64,000 nucleotides of DNA from Bauldia sp. (GCA_050184415.1 JBFXAJ010000009.1:7494-71493), one strand, 5' to 3'; positions 12,064-20,430 are shown, counted from the stretch's first letter. Numbers and translations: made by a program. Notes: a model not told the origin generated them from the letters alone.

Positions 12064-12951
12064 TCAGGGCACGCGGCGGCGCTGCTCCGCGAAGGGAACG
12101 CCCGGCTCCTCCGGCGGCCGCGATTTGAGCGGAGGGTCCCCGTCGGGCTGCGCCAGGCGGGCGAGGTCGAACGAGCAGACTTCGCGGCAGAGCTCGGCGA
12201 ACGCGCCGGCCTGGTGGTCGGCGATGGCGCGTCCCTTCTGCGCCGTGGCCGCGCGGGCGTCGCCGACGACTCCCGCAGGGTTGAGGTCCTGCGCGAGCCA
12301 GCCGAATTGCACCGGCCCGTAGGCGCGAAGATGCCGATAGCGATCCGCCAGCTCCTGCTGCAGCGAGCCGAAATAGGCCGCCTTTTCCATGCGGACGAGG
12401 TCGGGACGGAGGTGCAGCATCAGCGAGGTCTCGATCGCGCCGCCATGGATGCCGAAGGCGAGCTCCTCGGCCGAAAACATCTCGTCCGGCACGCCGAAAC
12501 GGGCGAAGGACGTCGCGACCGCCAGCATGCCGTGATTGATCCGCAGCGCTCGGGCGACGCCGTCCAGCGTCGGCCCGTTGCCGCCATGCGAGCTGACAAG
12601 GATCAGACGCCGGATTCCGGCCCGGGCGACGCCCTCGCAGGTTTCGAGCAGCGTCCGCGCCAGGGTTTCGGGCCGCAGCGTCAGCGTCCCGGCCATCGCG
12701 ATGTGCTCGTCGGAGGCGCCGATCTGCTGCATCGGCAGGGCGGTCAGCGGCAGGCCTGCGGCAAGCATCATCGTCCGGTGGAGGAGGCCGGCCCCGATGA
12801 TGGCGTCCGTGGCCAGCGGCAAATGCGGGCCGTGCTGCTCGATGGCAGCGACCGGCAGGATCGCCACCCAGTCCACGGCGCCGCCCGACGCCACGTCCTC
12901 GGTCGTCATTTCGTTCCACTGGCGGCGGGGAAGGGATGGCATGGTCGGCAA
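12064..12951 (-). CDS. Creatininase-family amidohydrolase
   Basis: 295 aa with IEQHGPHLPL and SSHGGN motifs characteristic of the creatininase fold. Substrate unknown. Confidence 0.8.
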   Translation of the reverse strand: MPTMPSLPRRQWNEMTTEDVASGGAVDWVAILPVAAIEQHGPHLPLATDAIIGAGLLHRTMMLAAGLPLTALPMQQIGASDEHIAMAGTLTLRPETLARTLLETCEGVARAGIRRLILVSSHGGNGPTLDGVARALRINHGMLAVATSFARFGVPDEMFSAEELAFGIHGGAIETSLMLHLRPDLVRMEKAAYFGSLQQELADRYRHLRAYGPVQFGWLAQDLNPAGVVGDARAATAQKGRAIADHQAGAFAELCREVCSFDLARLAQPDGDPPLKSRPPEEPGVPFAEQRRRVP

Positions 12952-13026
12952 CCAATGGTGGGCCTTCGGACGCTGCCCGTCAGGCCGGGAGGGGGCGCTC
13001 CGTCGCAGGGAGCCTATGCGCCAGAA

Positions 13027-13058
13027 TTATATCAGGGTCCGCTGATTACCTTTATATC
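13027..13058. promoter_or_regulatory. Candidate operator in divergent promoter region
   Basis: Inverted repeat ATCAG-ggtccg-CTGAT (13031-13046) flanked by direct TTATATC heptamers (13027-13033 and 13052-13058). This is an AT-rich island in an otherwise GC-rich intergenic region. Confidence 0.3.
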
Positions 13059-13173
13059 GCCGATGAAGGCCGATTCCTGACGGAGCCCGCGGGCAAATGT
13101 CGGTGATCGACGGTCGGCGGGGGTTCCGCCTCAGAGCGGCAGAGCCCGCGTCCCGCAGCCGGGAGACAGCCCC

Positions 13174-14190
13174 TTGCGCCTGACACTATTCGTTGCTCCC
13201 GCCATCGCCGGCGCCGCCCTCCTTGCTTCGCCATCGCAGGCGCAGGACGCGGTCACCTTCGCGACCAACTGGTTCGCCGAGGGCGAGCATGGCGGCTTCT
13301 ACCAGGCCCTTGCCGACGGCACCTACGAGCGCTTCGGCCTCGACGTCACGATCCTTCCCGGCGGGCCGCAATCGCCGAACCGGCAGCTCCTCCTCGCCGG
13401 GCAGGTGCAGTTCTACATGGCCGGCAACCTGCTGCAGCCGATCTTCGCCCTGCAGCAGGACGTGCCGCCGATCATCGAGGTCGCGGCCATCTTCCAGAAG
13501 GAACCGCAGGTCTTCCTCGCCCATCCCGAAGCGGGGCTGACGACGCTGGCCGATCTCGCGACCCTCGACACGATCTTCATGGGCACCGACGTCTATTCCT
13601 CGATCTTCACCTGGATGAAGGCGACCTTCCCGGGCTTCACCGACGAGCAGTATCGCCCCTACACCTTCAGCCCGGCGCCGTTCCTCCAGAACCCGCGTTC
13701 GGCGCAGCAGGGCTACGTGACCTCGGAACCGTTCTTCGTGCGCCGCGAAGGCGGCTTCGACCCGCAGGTGTTCCTCGTCGCCGACTACGGCTTCGACACG
13801 CCATCGACGATGATCGAAGCCCGGGCGGATTTCGTGGAGGCGAACCCCGACATCGTGCAGCGCTTCGTCGATGCGTCGATCATCGGCTGGTACACCTATC
13901 TCTACGGCGACAACTCGCTCGGCAACGCGCTGATCAAGGAGGAGAATCCGGAGATGACGGACGACCTCCTCGCCTTCACGCTCGAGCAGATGCTGGCCTA
14001 CGAGCTTATCGATTCCGGTGCGGCGCTCGAAGGCGGGATCGGCTGCTTCGATGACGCGCGGGTCCAGTCGTTCTATGACGCGATGGTCGCGTCCGGGGTT
14101 GTGAACCCGGGGCTCGACCTGTCGCGGCTCTACACGAACCGCTTCGTCTGCCGTAGCGTTGGCGCGGAGCTTCGGCCGGCAGCGCCCTGA
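13174..14190 (+). CDS. ABC transporter substrate-binding protein (NMT1/THI5-like, NitT/TauT family)
   Basis: TTG start preceded by gggaga. Signal peptide ...LLASPSQA|QD. Motif FATNWFAEGEHGGFYQA is typical of this SBP family. Confidence 0.85.
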   Translation: MRLTLFVAPAIAGAALLASPSQAQDAVTFATNWFAEGEHGGFYQALADGTYERFGLDVTILPGGPQSPNRQLLLAGQVQFYMAGNLLQPIFALQQDVPPIIEVAAIFQKEPQVFLAHPEAGLTTLADLATLDTIFMGTDVYSSIFTWMKATFPGFTDEQYRPYTFSPAPFLQNPRSAQQGYVTSEPFFVRREGGFDPQVFLVADYGFDTPSTMIEARADFVEANPDIVQRFVDASIIGWYTYLYGDNSLGNALIKEENPEMTDDLLAFTLEQMLAYELIDSGAALEGGIGCFDDARVQSFYDAMVASGVVNPGLDLSRLYTNRFVCRSVGAELRPAAP

Positions 14191-14276
14191 CGGAGGTTCG
14201 GATCGCCACGCTTGCACCGGAGACCACCGCCCCGCTCGTTTCGCTCGAAGACGTCGGCAAGAGCTACCGGAGCGGC

Positions 14277-14984
14277 GTGAAAGCCCTCGACGGGCTGAGC
14301 TTCGCCGTGCCCGAAGGATCGTTCCTGAGCCTCCTCGGCCCGTCCGGCTGCGGCAAGTCCACGGCCCTTCGCATGATCGCGGGGCTCAGCAGGCCGTCGG
14401 AGGGCCGCATCGTCTGGCACGGCGACGATCCAATCCAGAGCCGCGACATAGGCTTCGTCTTCCAGGATGCGACGCTGATGCCGTGGGCCACGGTCTATGA
14501 CAACGTCCGGCTGCCCCTCCGTCTCAAGGGGAGCGAGGGGACCGGCACAAGCGACCGGATCATGGAGGCGCTGGCGCTCGTCGGCCTCGAGAGCTTTGCG
14601 CGGGCGTATCCCCGCGAGCTCTCGGGCGGCATGAGGATGCGCGCGTCGATCGCCCGCGCGATCGTCGCTCGGCCGCGCGTCCTCCTCCTCGACGAGCCGT
14701 TCGCCGCGCTCGACGAGATCACGCGCTTTCGCCTCAACGACGATCTCCTCCGCCTCTGGCAATCGTTCGGGTGGACGGTCGTCTTCGTCACGCATTCGGT
14801 CTTCGAGTCGGTCTATCTCTCGCAGCGCCTCGTTGTCATGACGCCCCGCCCGGGCCGCGTCGCCGCGACCTTCGAGGTTCCGGCCGCGCCCCGCGACGCC
14901 GCGTTCAGGACCAGCGCGCCCTACAACGCCATCTGCCGCGACGTGACGATCGCGCTTGATCGCGCGATGGAGTCGGCGCGATGA
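14277..14984 (+). CDS. ABC transporter ATP-binding protein (true start probably upstream, see findings)
   Basis: Walker A GPSGCGKST, signature LSGGMRMR, Walker B LLLDEPF. The frame is open from 14157 and encodes ...LEDVGKSYRSG before the tracked GTG. Confidence 0.85.
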   Translation: MKALDGLSFAVPEGSFLSLLGPSGCGKSTALRMIAGLSRPSEGRIVWHGDDPIQSRDIGFVFQDATLMPWATVYDNVRLPLRLKGSEGTGTSDRIMEALALVGLESFARAYPRELSGGMRMRASIARAIVARPRVLLLDEPFAALDEITRFRLNDDLLRLWQSFGWTVVFVTHSVFESVYLSQRLVVMTPRPGRVAATFEVPAAPRDAAFRTSAPYNAICRDVTIALDRAMESAR

Positions 14985-15811
14985 GCAACACGGATCAATC
15001 CGGCGGCGCGCGGAGCCGCCTCGGCGGCCGCGAGATCCTGCTCCGGATCCTCGTGCCGGTCGGAATGTTCGCGCTGACCATTCTCGTCTGGCAGCTCGTC
15101 GTCGACATCTTCGACGTCGAGACGTTCGCCCTGCCGGCGCCGGGTCTCGTGTTCCAGTCGCTGGTCGAGGATTTCCACATCCTCGGTCCCGCGCTCCTCG
15201 TGACGCTCAGGCTGACGTTCTCGGCCCTTGCCCTCGCGATCATCGGCGGCGCGGCACTGGCCGTCTTGATGAGCCAGTCGCGCTGGATCGAGCTCGCGCT
15301 CTATCCCTACGCCGTGATCCTCCAGGTCACGCCAGTGGTGGCGATCGCGCCGATCCTCCTGGTCTGGGTGCCGGACACGCAGATCGCGCTCCTCATCCTC
15401 GCATTCGTCGTCGCCTTCTTTCCGATCCTCACCAACACCGCGCAGGGCCTGAAGTCGGTCGACCACAACCTCCTCGACCTGTTCCAGCTCTACGGCGCCG
15501 GGCGATGGAAGCGGCTCCGGCTTCTGCTGGCGCCGAGCGCGCTGCCCTACTTCCTGACCGGGCTAAGGATAGGCGGCGGGCTGGCGCTGATCGCGGCGGT
15601 GGTGGCCGAGTTCGCTGCCGGATCGGCGGGGCGCGGGGCGGGCCTCGCCTTCCGGCTGTTCGAGGCGCAGTTCCGGTATAATGCGCCCCGCGCCTATGCG
15701 GCGCTGGTCCTGCTGTCCCTGACAGGTATCGCGATTTTCGCGGCAACGAGCCTGATTTCGTACCTTGCGCTGCGGCGCTGGCACGAGAGCGCGGCGCCCC
15801 GGGAGACATAG
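14981..15811 (+). CDS. ABC transporter permease (NitT/TauT family)
   Basis: 276 aa, multiple TM segments. ATGA overlap with the ATPase gene. BPD-type permease layout. Confidence 0.85.
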   Translation: MSNTDQSGGARSRLGGREILLRILVPVGMFALTILVWQLVVDIFDVETFALPAPGLVFQSLVEDFHILGPALLVTLRLTFSALALAIIGGAALAVLMSQSRWIELALYPYAVILQVTPVVAIAPILLVWVPDTQIALLILAFVVAFFPILTNTAQGLKSVDHNLLDLFQLYGAGRWKRLRLLLAPSALPYFLTGLRIGGGLALIAAVVAEFAAGSAGRGAGLAFRLFEAQFRYNAPRAYAALVLLSLTGIAIFAATSLISYLALRRWHESAAPRET

Positions 15812-15882
15812 CCGTCTTGACTGCGACACCCTATTGCTGTTGACGGAGCCTTGGGAGAACCGCACGATGCACCCGCTTTGAT

Positions 15883-16362
15883 ATGGCCGGGGGACATATC
15901 GTGAGCCGTAACCATCAAAAATCCGTAGCCGGGCGTCTTGTTGCCGCCGCGCGACTTTATCGGTCGCGCGTGGGATCGGCGCTCGGGCCGGTCGGCCTTC
16001 ACGCGGGCCAGGAGGGCATCCTCTATGCGCTCGCCGATACCGACGGCCAGTCGATGACCGATCTCGCGGGTACGCTCGGCGTCCAGCCGCCGACCGTCAC
16101 CAAGATGGTGGGACGGCTCGCCACCCAGGGCTACGTCCAGCGCCGCGCCTCCAAGACCGACGCCCGCCAGGCGCAGGTGTTCCTGACCAGCGGCGGCCGC
16201 AAGGCGCTCAACGGGCTCGACGCCATCATCGAGGGCGTGGAGGAGACGGCGCTTTCCGGCATCAACGGCAAGGACCGCAAGAAGCTTCGCTCGCTCCTCC
16301 GCCAGGTCGCGGACAATCTCGACGGCGGGGCCGCCGTGGATGATCCCGACGCGGCGGAGTAG
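15883..16362 (+). CDS. MarR-family transcriptional regulator
   Basis: 159 aa with a winged-helix core ...MTDLAGTLGVQPPTVTKMVGRLATQGYVQRR.... Confidence 0.8.
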   Translation: MAGGHIVSRNHQKSVAGRLVAAARLYRSRVGSALGPVGLHAGQEGILYALADTDGQSMTDLAGTLGVQPPTVTKMVGRLATQGYVQRRASKTDARQAQVFLTSGGRKALNGLDAIIEGVEETALSGINGKDRKKLRSLLRQVADNLDGGAAVDDPDAAE

Positions 16363-16405
16363 CGGCGCGGCGGCTGGTGTCACCCTCCGACCGCGGTGCG
16401 CTGGT

Positions 16406-16747
16406 CTATTCCGACCACACCGCGAGTTGGTTCCCCGCCGGGTCGAGGAAGTGAAAGCGCCGCCCGCCGGGAAAGGCGAAGATCGGCCGCACGATCTCCC
16501 CGCCCGCGGCGGTCACCGCCTCGAGCGAGCCTTCAAGATCGTCGGAATAGAGGATGACGAGCGGTCCGGCCGTGCCGACAACCTCGCCGGCCGTGAATCC
16601 GCCGTCCAGGCTGCCGTCGTTGAACGCGGTGTAGTCCGGGCCGTAGTCGGTGAAGGTCCAGCCGAAGGCGGCCTCGTAGAACGCCTTCACAACCGGCAGG
16701 TCGGCCGCCGGCAACTCGATGTAGTTGATGCGGTGATGCGTGTTCAC
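16406..16747 (-). CDS. VOC/glyoxalase-family protein
   Basis: 113 aa; INYIELPAADL...FYEAAFGW...FHFLDPAGNQLAVW pattern of the glyoxalase/bleomycin-resistance fold. Confidence 0.75.
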   Translation of the reverse strand: MNTHHRINYIELPAADLPVVKAFYEAAFGWTFTDYGPDYTAFNDGSLDGGFTAGEVVGTAGPLVILYSDDLEGSLEAVTAAGGEIVRPIFAFPGGRRFHFLDPAGNQLAVWSE

Positions 16748-16778
16748 GCCCGATGCCTCCCATGGCGGCTGCGTCCAG

Positions 16779-17069
16779 TCACAGCCCGACCCCGCCCACC
16801 GGCACCGTCTCGAACCGTTCGCCGAACCCCGAGATCAGAGGTTTCGCCCTTTCGATCGTGGCGCGGACCGCCGGGATCGCCAGCGATGCCTGGTGGGACG
16901 CCTTGTCGGTCCAGACCTCGGTGATCCAGATCGAGTCCGGATCGGTCGGGTCGGTCGCGAGGATGTAGCTGAGACAGCCGGGCATAGCGGACGTGCTCTC
17001 GCGCATGAGGCCGAGGAGGGCGTCGCGCTCGCCGGGCTTGGCGATCATCCGTCCGATCAGTCCGTACAT
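16779..17069 (-). CDS. Antibiotic-biosynthesis-monooxygenase (ABM) domain protein
   Basis: 96 aa with ferredoxin-like ABM pattern (...PGCLSYILATDPTDPDSIWITEVWTDKASHQASL...). Confidence 0.65.
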   Translation of the reverse strand: MYGLIGRMIAKPGERDALLGLMRESTSAMPGCLSYILATDPTDPDSIWITEVWTDKASHQASLAIPAVRATIERAKPLISGFGERFETVPVGGVGL

Positions 17070-17209
17070 CGGCGACTCCTTCGCTCCCCCGAGGGCTAGC
17101 GGGGGCCGGCGGCGATCTCAAGGCAGCCCCGGGCCCTGTCCGAACGCCATCTTGCTGCCGCCATGAGCGGCGCCGATACTCCACGCTGCTCGTCTCGGAG
17201 GATTCTAGC

Positions 17210-18196
17210 GTGAAACGATCGGGTTGGAGTGCGGCTCTTCTCGTCGCCGTCGGTTCGGCGTGCCTTGCGTCGGGAGGCCCTGCGTCCGCCAATGACGCGA
17301 CCGCGCAGATCGGCGCGGGCGGGCTCGAACTCGTCTACAATCCCGCGATCGAGCTCCGCTCCGAGGACCTCTACGTCTCCGCCGAAGAGGTTCGCGTCCG
17401 CTACCAGTTCCGCAACATCACCGCCGAGCCGGTGACGGTGACCGTCGCCTTCCCGCTCCCGGCGCTCGATGCCGGCGAGGTGGGCGACCTTCTGATGGTC
17501 GCGATGCCCCGGCCCGGCGATCCGAACTTCGTCGGCTTCGAACTTACCGTCGACGGCAAGCCGCTGACCCCGGAGGTATACACGCGGGTCTCGGCCCTCG
17601 GCATCGACCGGACGCAGATGCTGGTCGATGCCGGCGTGCCGCTCAATCCCGCCGACGAAGCGACGTACAATGCGCTCGGCGCGCTGCCGGCGGAGACCAT
17701 CGAGGCGTTCCGGAAGGCCGGGCTGCTCCTGGTCGAGGACTGGGGTCTCCTGCCGGTGTGGCGGCTCGAGACCGCCTTCCATTGGGAGCAGACTTTCCCT
17801 GCCGGCCGTGACGTCATCATCGAGCATCGCTACGCGCCGGTGGTCGGCTATGGCTTCTTCGGCGACTACACGCTGGAGGACCCGGAATACCGCGAGCGCT
17901 ACTGCATGGACGCCGATTTCGAACGTGCCGCCCGTGCGCTCCTCGCCCGCAACGCCGAGGCCTTCCCGAACCTCAACGAGCGGCGCATCCAGTACATCCT
18001 GACCACCGCGCGGAACTGGGCGAGCCCGATCCAGCAGTTCCGGCTGACCGTCGACAAGGGATCGCCGGATGCCCTCGTCTCCTTCTGCGGCAACGGCGTC
18101 ACCCGCACCGGCGACACGACCTTCGAGGATACCGAGACCGATTTCGTGCCCGAGCGCGAACTCGATATCCTCATCATTTCGCCCGTCACCCCGTGA
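17210..18196 (+). CDS. Secreted hypothetical protein (DUF4424-like)
   Basis: 328 aa with signal peptide ...ASGGPASA|ND. The family name is from memory of similar alphaproteobacterial proteins and is not verified. Confidence 0.6.
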   Translation: MKRSGWSAALLVAVGSACLASGGPASANDATAQIGAGGLELVYNPAIELRSEDLYVSAEEVRVRYQFRNITAEPVTVTVAFPLPALDAGEVGDLLMVAMPRPGDPNFVGFELTVDGKPLTPEVYTRVSALGIDRTQMLVDAGVPLNPADEATYNALGALPAETIEAFRKAGLLLVEDWGLLPVWRLETAFHWEQTFPAGRDVIIEHRYAPVVGYGFFGDYTLEDPEYRERYCMDADFERAARALLARNAEAFPNLNERRIQYILTTARNWASPIQQFRLTVDKGSPDALVSFCGNGVTRTGDTTFEDTETDFVPERELDILIISPVTP

Positions 18197-18236
18197 CCGG
18201 CCACCCTCATCAGACCAAGGCTTGGGAGTCCGCCGC

Positions 18237-18785
18237 ATGAAACCGCTTCTTCGCGTCATCGCCCCTGCAACCGGCGCCATGCTCGCCACCTCCGCGATGG
18301 CGCAGCCGGTCGATCCGCAGATTGCCGCGCTCGTCGAAGCCTGGGTGGCGGAAGAGGGGGCTGACTTCTCCGAGCTCGTGCGGACCTATGGCGGGCAATG
18401 CCTGACGCCGGTAGTGGGCGCCCTCGCCGAAGCGCCGCGCCAGGCGATCATCGCCGCCGGCGGCATCGAGGCCGGGATCGCGGCGCTGCAGACGACCGAC
18501 CCCGCCGCCGTCGCCGCGCTGATGCCGGGCCTCCAGGAATGCATCGAGACCCTCTTCGTCGGCGAGCAGGTGCTTGCCTGGCTCCAGGCCGAAGGCGGCG
18601 CGCTCACGCCCGAGGCCCTGCAGACCGCAACCTTCTGCTACATGGACGCGGTGCGGCCGCTGCCGACCGAGAGCAAGCAGATGATCGTCCAGGCCGAGAA
18701 TTTCGAGGCCGGGGCGAATGCGGTCGTCGGCCTCGGCGGAACGGTCGGCACCGAGCTGGCGGCGCGGCTCGAGACCTGCAGCTAG
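18237..18785 (+). CDS. Secreted hypothetical protein, four Cys
   Basis: Start at MKPLLRVIAPATGAMLATSAMA|QP (signal peptide). 182 aa, Ala-rich helical. Confidence 0.55.
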   Translation: MKPLLRVIAPATGAMLATSAMAQPVDPQIAALVEAWVAEEGADFSELVRTYGGQCLTPVVGALAEAPRQAIIAAGGIEAGIAALQTTDPAAVAALMPGLQECIETLFVGEQVLAWLQAEGGALTPEALQTATFCYMDAVRPLPTESKQMIVQAENFEAGANAVVGLGGTVGTELAARLETCS

Positions 18786-18854
18786 ACCGCGGGATCGACG
18801 CCGCAGGGAGGCCTACTCCCCCTTGACGGCCCTACGCCGGGACGCGGCGGCAAT

Positions 18855-18985
18855 CTCCCACCTCTCCCCGGCGGGCAGAGGTCGAGCCGTCGCGCAAGCG
18901 ACGGATCGGGTGAGGGGTTCCGGCCTCGAGGTCTGTTCCCTTCACGCGAATAGATCTTCACCCTCCCCGGCGGGGAGAGGTGAAG
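18855..18985. repeat. REP-like hairpin cluster (ACCTCTCCCC-GGC-GGGnAGAGGT type)
   Basis: Hairpins at 18860-18882 (acctctccccggcgggcagaggt), 18887-18904 (ccgtcgc-gcaa-gcgacgg) and 18958-18982 (caccctccccggcggggagaggtg). The same hairpin type recurs at 62282-62305 and 46127-46146. Confidence 0.7.
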
Positions 18986-19023
18986 GGGGGCGGCTCCGGC
19001 CGGCGCGCAAGGGTCTCGTTTCG

Positions 19024-19170
19024 GGGAGGTCAAAACGCGAAGCGTTTTGGGAGGGAGTGGGCCTCGCACCTCGTCATCGCCGGTCGAACACCCTCCACGC
19101 GCTCCGCCAAGGCTTGCTCCGCAAGCCAAGCTTCGCGGTCTCCCCCGCAAGGTGGGAGAAGAGACAGGGG
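19024..19170. repeat. Dispersed intergenic repeat unit, copy A
   Basis: Contains GGTCAAAACGCGAAGCGTTTTGG (palindromic) and CCACGCGCTCCGCCAAGGCTTGCTCCGCAAGCCAAGCT. Both blocks recur almost unchanged, in the same order, at 62113-62222. Confidence 0.75.
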
Positions 19171-19220
19171 ACTCTGCTGCCGATCCGGAACGCACTCCGG
19201 TTTGCGGGAAGACTCCTTGA

Positions 19221-20198
19221 TCACGCCGTCAGGTCGAACACGCCGGCCGCCCCGTCCTCGGTGCCGAAGGCGAGGCGCTCGCCGCGGTCGTCCCAGGTGA
19301 GCGCCGACACCGCGCCACCGCCGGCCGGCCGAAGGAGCGACCCGTCGCCGTCGCCGAACGGCCCGATGGCGACGACGCCGTCGCGATAGCCGATCGCGAC
19401 GAGGTCGGCGCGGGGATGGCAGGCCACCTTCGTCACCAGCGAGTCGCGCGCGCCGAGTTGCAGCGGCTGCTTGCCTTGCGGGCCGTCCTTGGTGATGAAC
19501 GGCCAGAGGATCGCGGCGTCGGCGCCCGACGTTGCGAGGAACTTGCCCTTGGCGGACCATGACAGCGAGCGCGGCTTGGCGGCGTAGCCGGTCATCCGGA
19601 GGTGATTGCCCTCGGGCAGCTTCCAGCCGTGGAGGGCGTTCTCCTGCATCGCGCTGATGAGGTATTTCCCGTCGGGCGAAAAGAGGACGCCGATATGGGC
19701 GCCCTTCCACTCGAGCTCCACCGCTGGGGAGCTCGCATTGGCGAACCACAGCGACACGCCATTGTAGCGCGCCACCGCGAGGCGAAGGCCCTTGGGCGCG
19801 AAGGCGAGGCCCGCCACGCTGCGCTCATGCGCGAAGGACTTCTCCTCGCCCGAGGCGAGCCGGACGACGGCCTCCTTGCCGACCCCGAACGCCACCGCGC
19901 CATGAGGGCCAGTCGCTAGCTGGTCGATCCACTTCTTCGGCCGCTCGGCAAGAAGGGTAGTCGCGCCCGTCGGACTCGTTTCGACCACCTTGCCGTCGTC
20001 GCCCGAGGTGATGAGGGCAGCGCCGCTCACGGTGCGGGCGGTTGCGAGGATCGCGCCGTCATGGGCCTTCACGATATCGGCGGTCTCGTCCTGGACCAGC
20101 CGCACCGTTCCGTCACCCAGCGCGAACGCAGGCACGCCGCCGATGAACTCGGCGCCGACGACGAAGGCTTCGAAGGGAAGACGCTGCAGGGTGGGCAT
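19221..20198 (-). CDS. WD40/beta-propeller repeat protein
   Basis: 325 aa with repeated ...SPDGKYL..., ...SGDDGKV... and WD-like blades (HGWKL, SWSAKGKFLATSGADAAILWP). Confidence 0.75.
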   Translation of the reverse strand: MPTLQRLPFEAFVVGAEFIGGVPAFALGDGTVRLVQDETADIVKAHDGAILATARTVSGAALITSGDDGKVVETSPTGATTLLAERPKKWIDQLATGPHGAVAFGVGKEAVVRLASGEEKSFAHERSVAGLAFAPKGLRLAVARYNGVSLWFANASSPAVELEWKGAHIGVLFSPDGKYLISAMQENALHGWKLPEGNHLRMTGYAAKPRSLSWSAKGKFLATSGADAAILWPFITKDGPQGKQPLQLGARDSLVTKVACHPRADLVAIGYRDGVVAIGPFGDGDGSLLRPAGGGAVSALTWDDRGERLAFGTEDGAAGVFDLTA

Positions 20199-20285
20199 GA
20201 GAACGAGCAGCCGTTGTGGGTGCGGTTTGTCGGCCAGGTCATCGCCGAAGGCAAGGCGCGACCGTTTGGGGCGTTGGCCGAGCCA

Positions 20286-20321
20286 AGAAAAACAATCGGC
20301 CCCGCTGGTGAGGCGGGGCCG
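20286..20321 (-). terminator. Rho-independent terminator (reverse strand)
   Basis: 9 bp GC stem cggccccgc / gcggggccg with a 7-nt loop. On the reverse strand it is followed by attgtttttct. Confidence 0.7.
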
Positions 20322-20412
20322 GGGAATTGGGCTGGCGGCTGGCTGGGGGGCCGGTGGAGCGGTTGGTTGGAACCGCGCTGACCGCCAGGAGCTTCAACCT
20401 CGCTCCGATTGG

Positions 20413-20428
20413 TTAACGAGCGGTTAAC
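20413..20428. promoter_or_regulatory. CtrA-box consensus match (TTAA-N7-TTAAC)
   Basis: The sequence reads TTAA cgagcgg TTAAC exactly. Such an AT-rich 9-of-9 match is unexpected in this GC-rich DNA. It lies 3 nt beyond the zigA stop and about 215 nt upstream of the WD40 gene start. Confidence 0.4.
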
Positions 20429-20430
20429 GC

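Noticed and set aside
9889-13080. 1063-aa plus-strand ORF spanning four annotated genes
   Set aside because: The translation is Arg/Gly/Asp-rich nonsense with no motifs. It runs antisense to chrA and the creatininase-family gene, which have clear family signatures.
13120-13170. Possible guanidine-I (ykkC) riboswitch: GGGTTCCG and CCGGGAGA strings upstream of the ABC binding-protein gene
   Set aside because: The two strings are only about 45 nt apart. The intervening GGUCCGAGAG and ACACGG elements are absent. GGGAGA is better explained as the SD for the TTG start.
12952-13173. TPP riboswitch expected upstream of an NMT1/THI5-like binding protein
   Set aside because: No CUGAGA or ACCUGAUCUGGAUAAUGCCAGCG-like core could be found on either strand.
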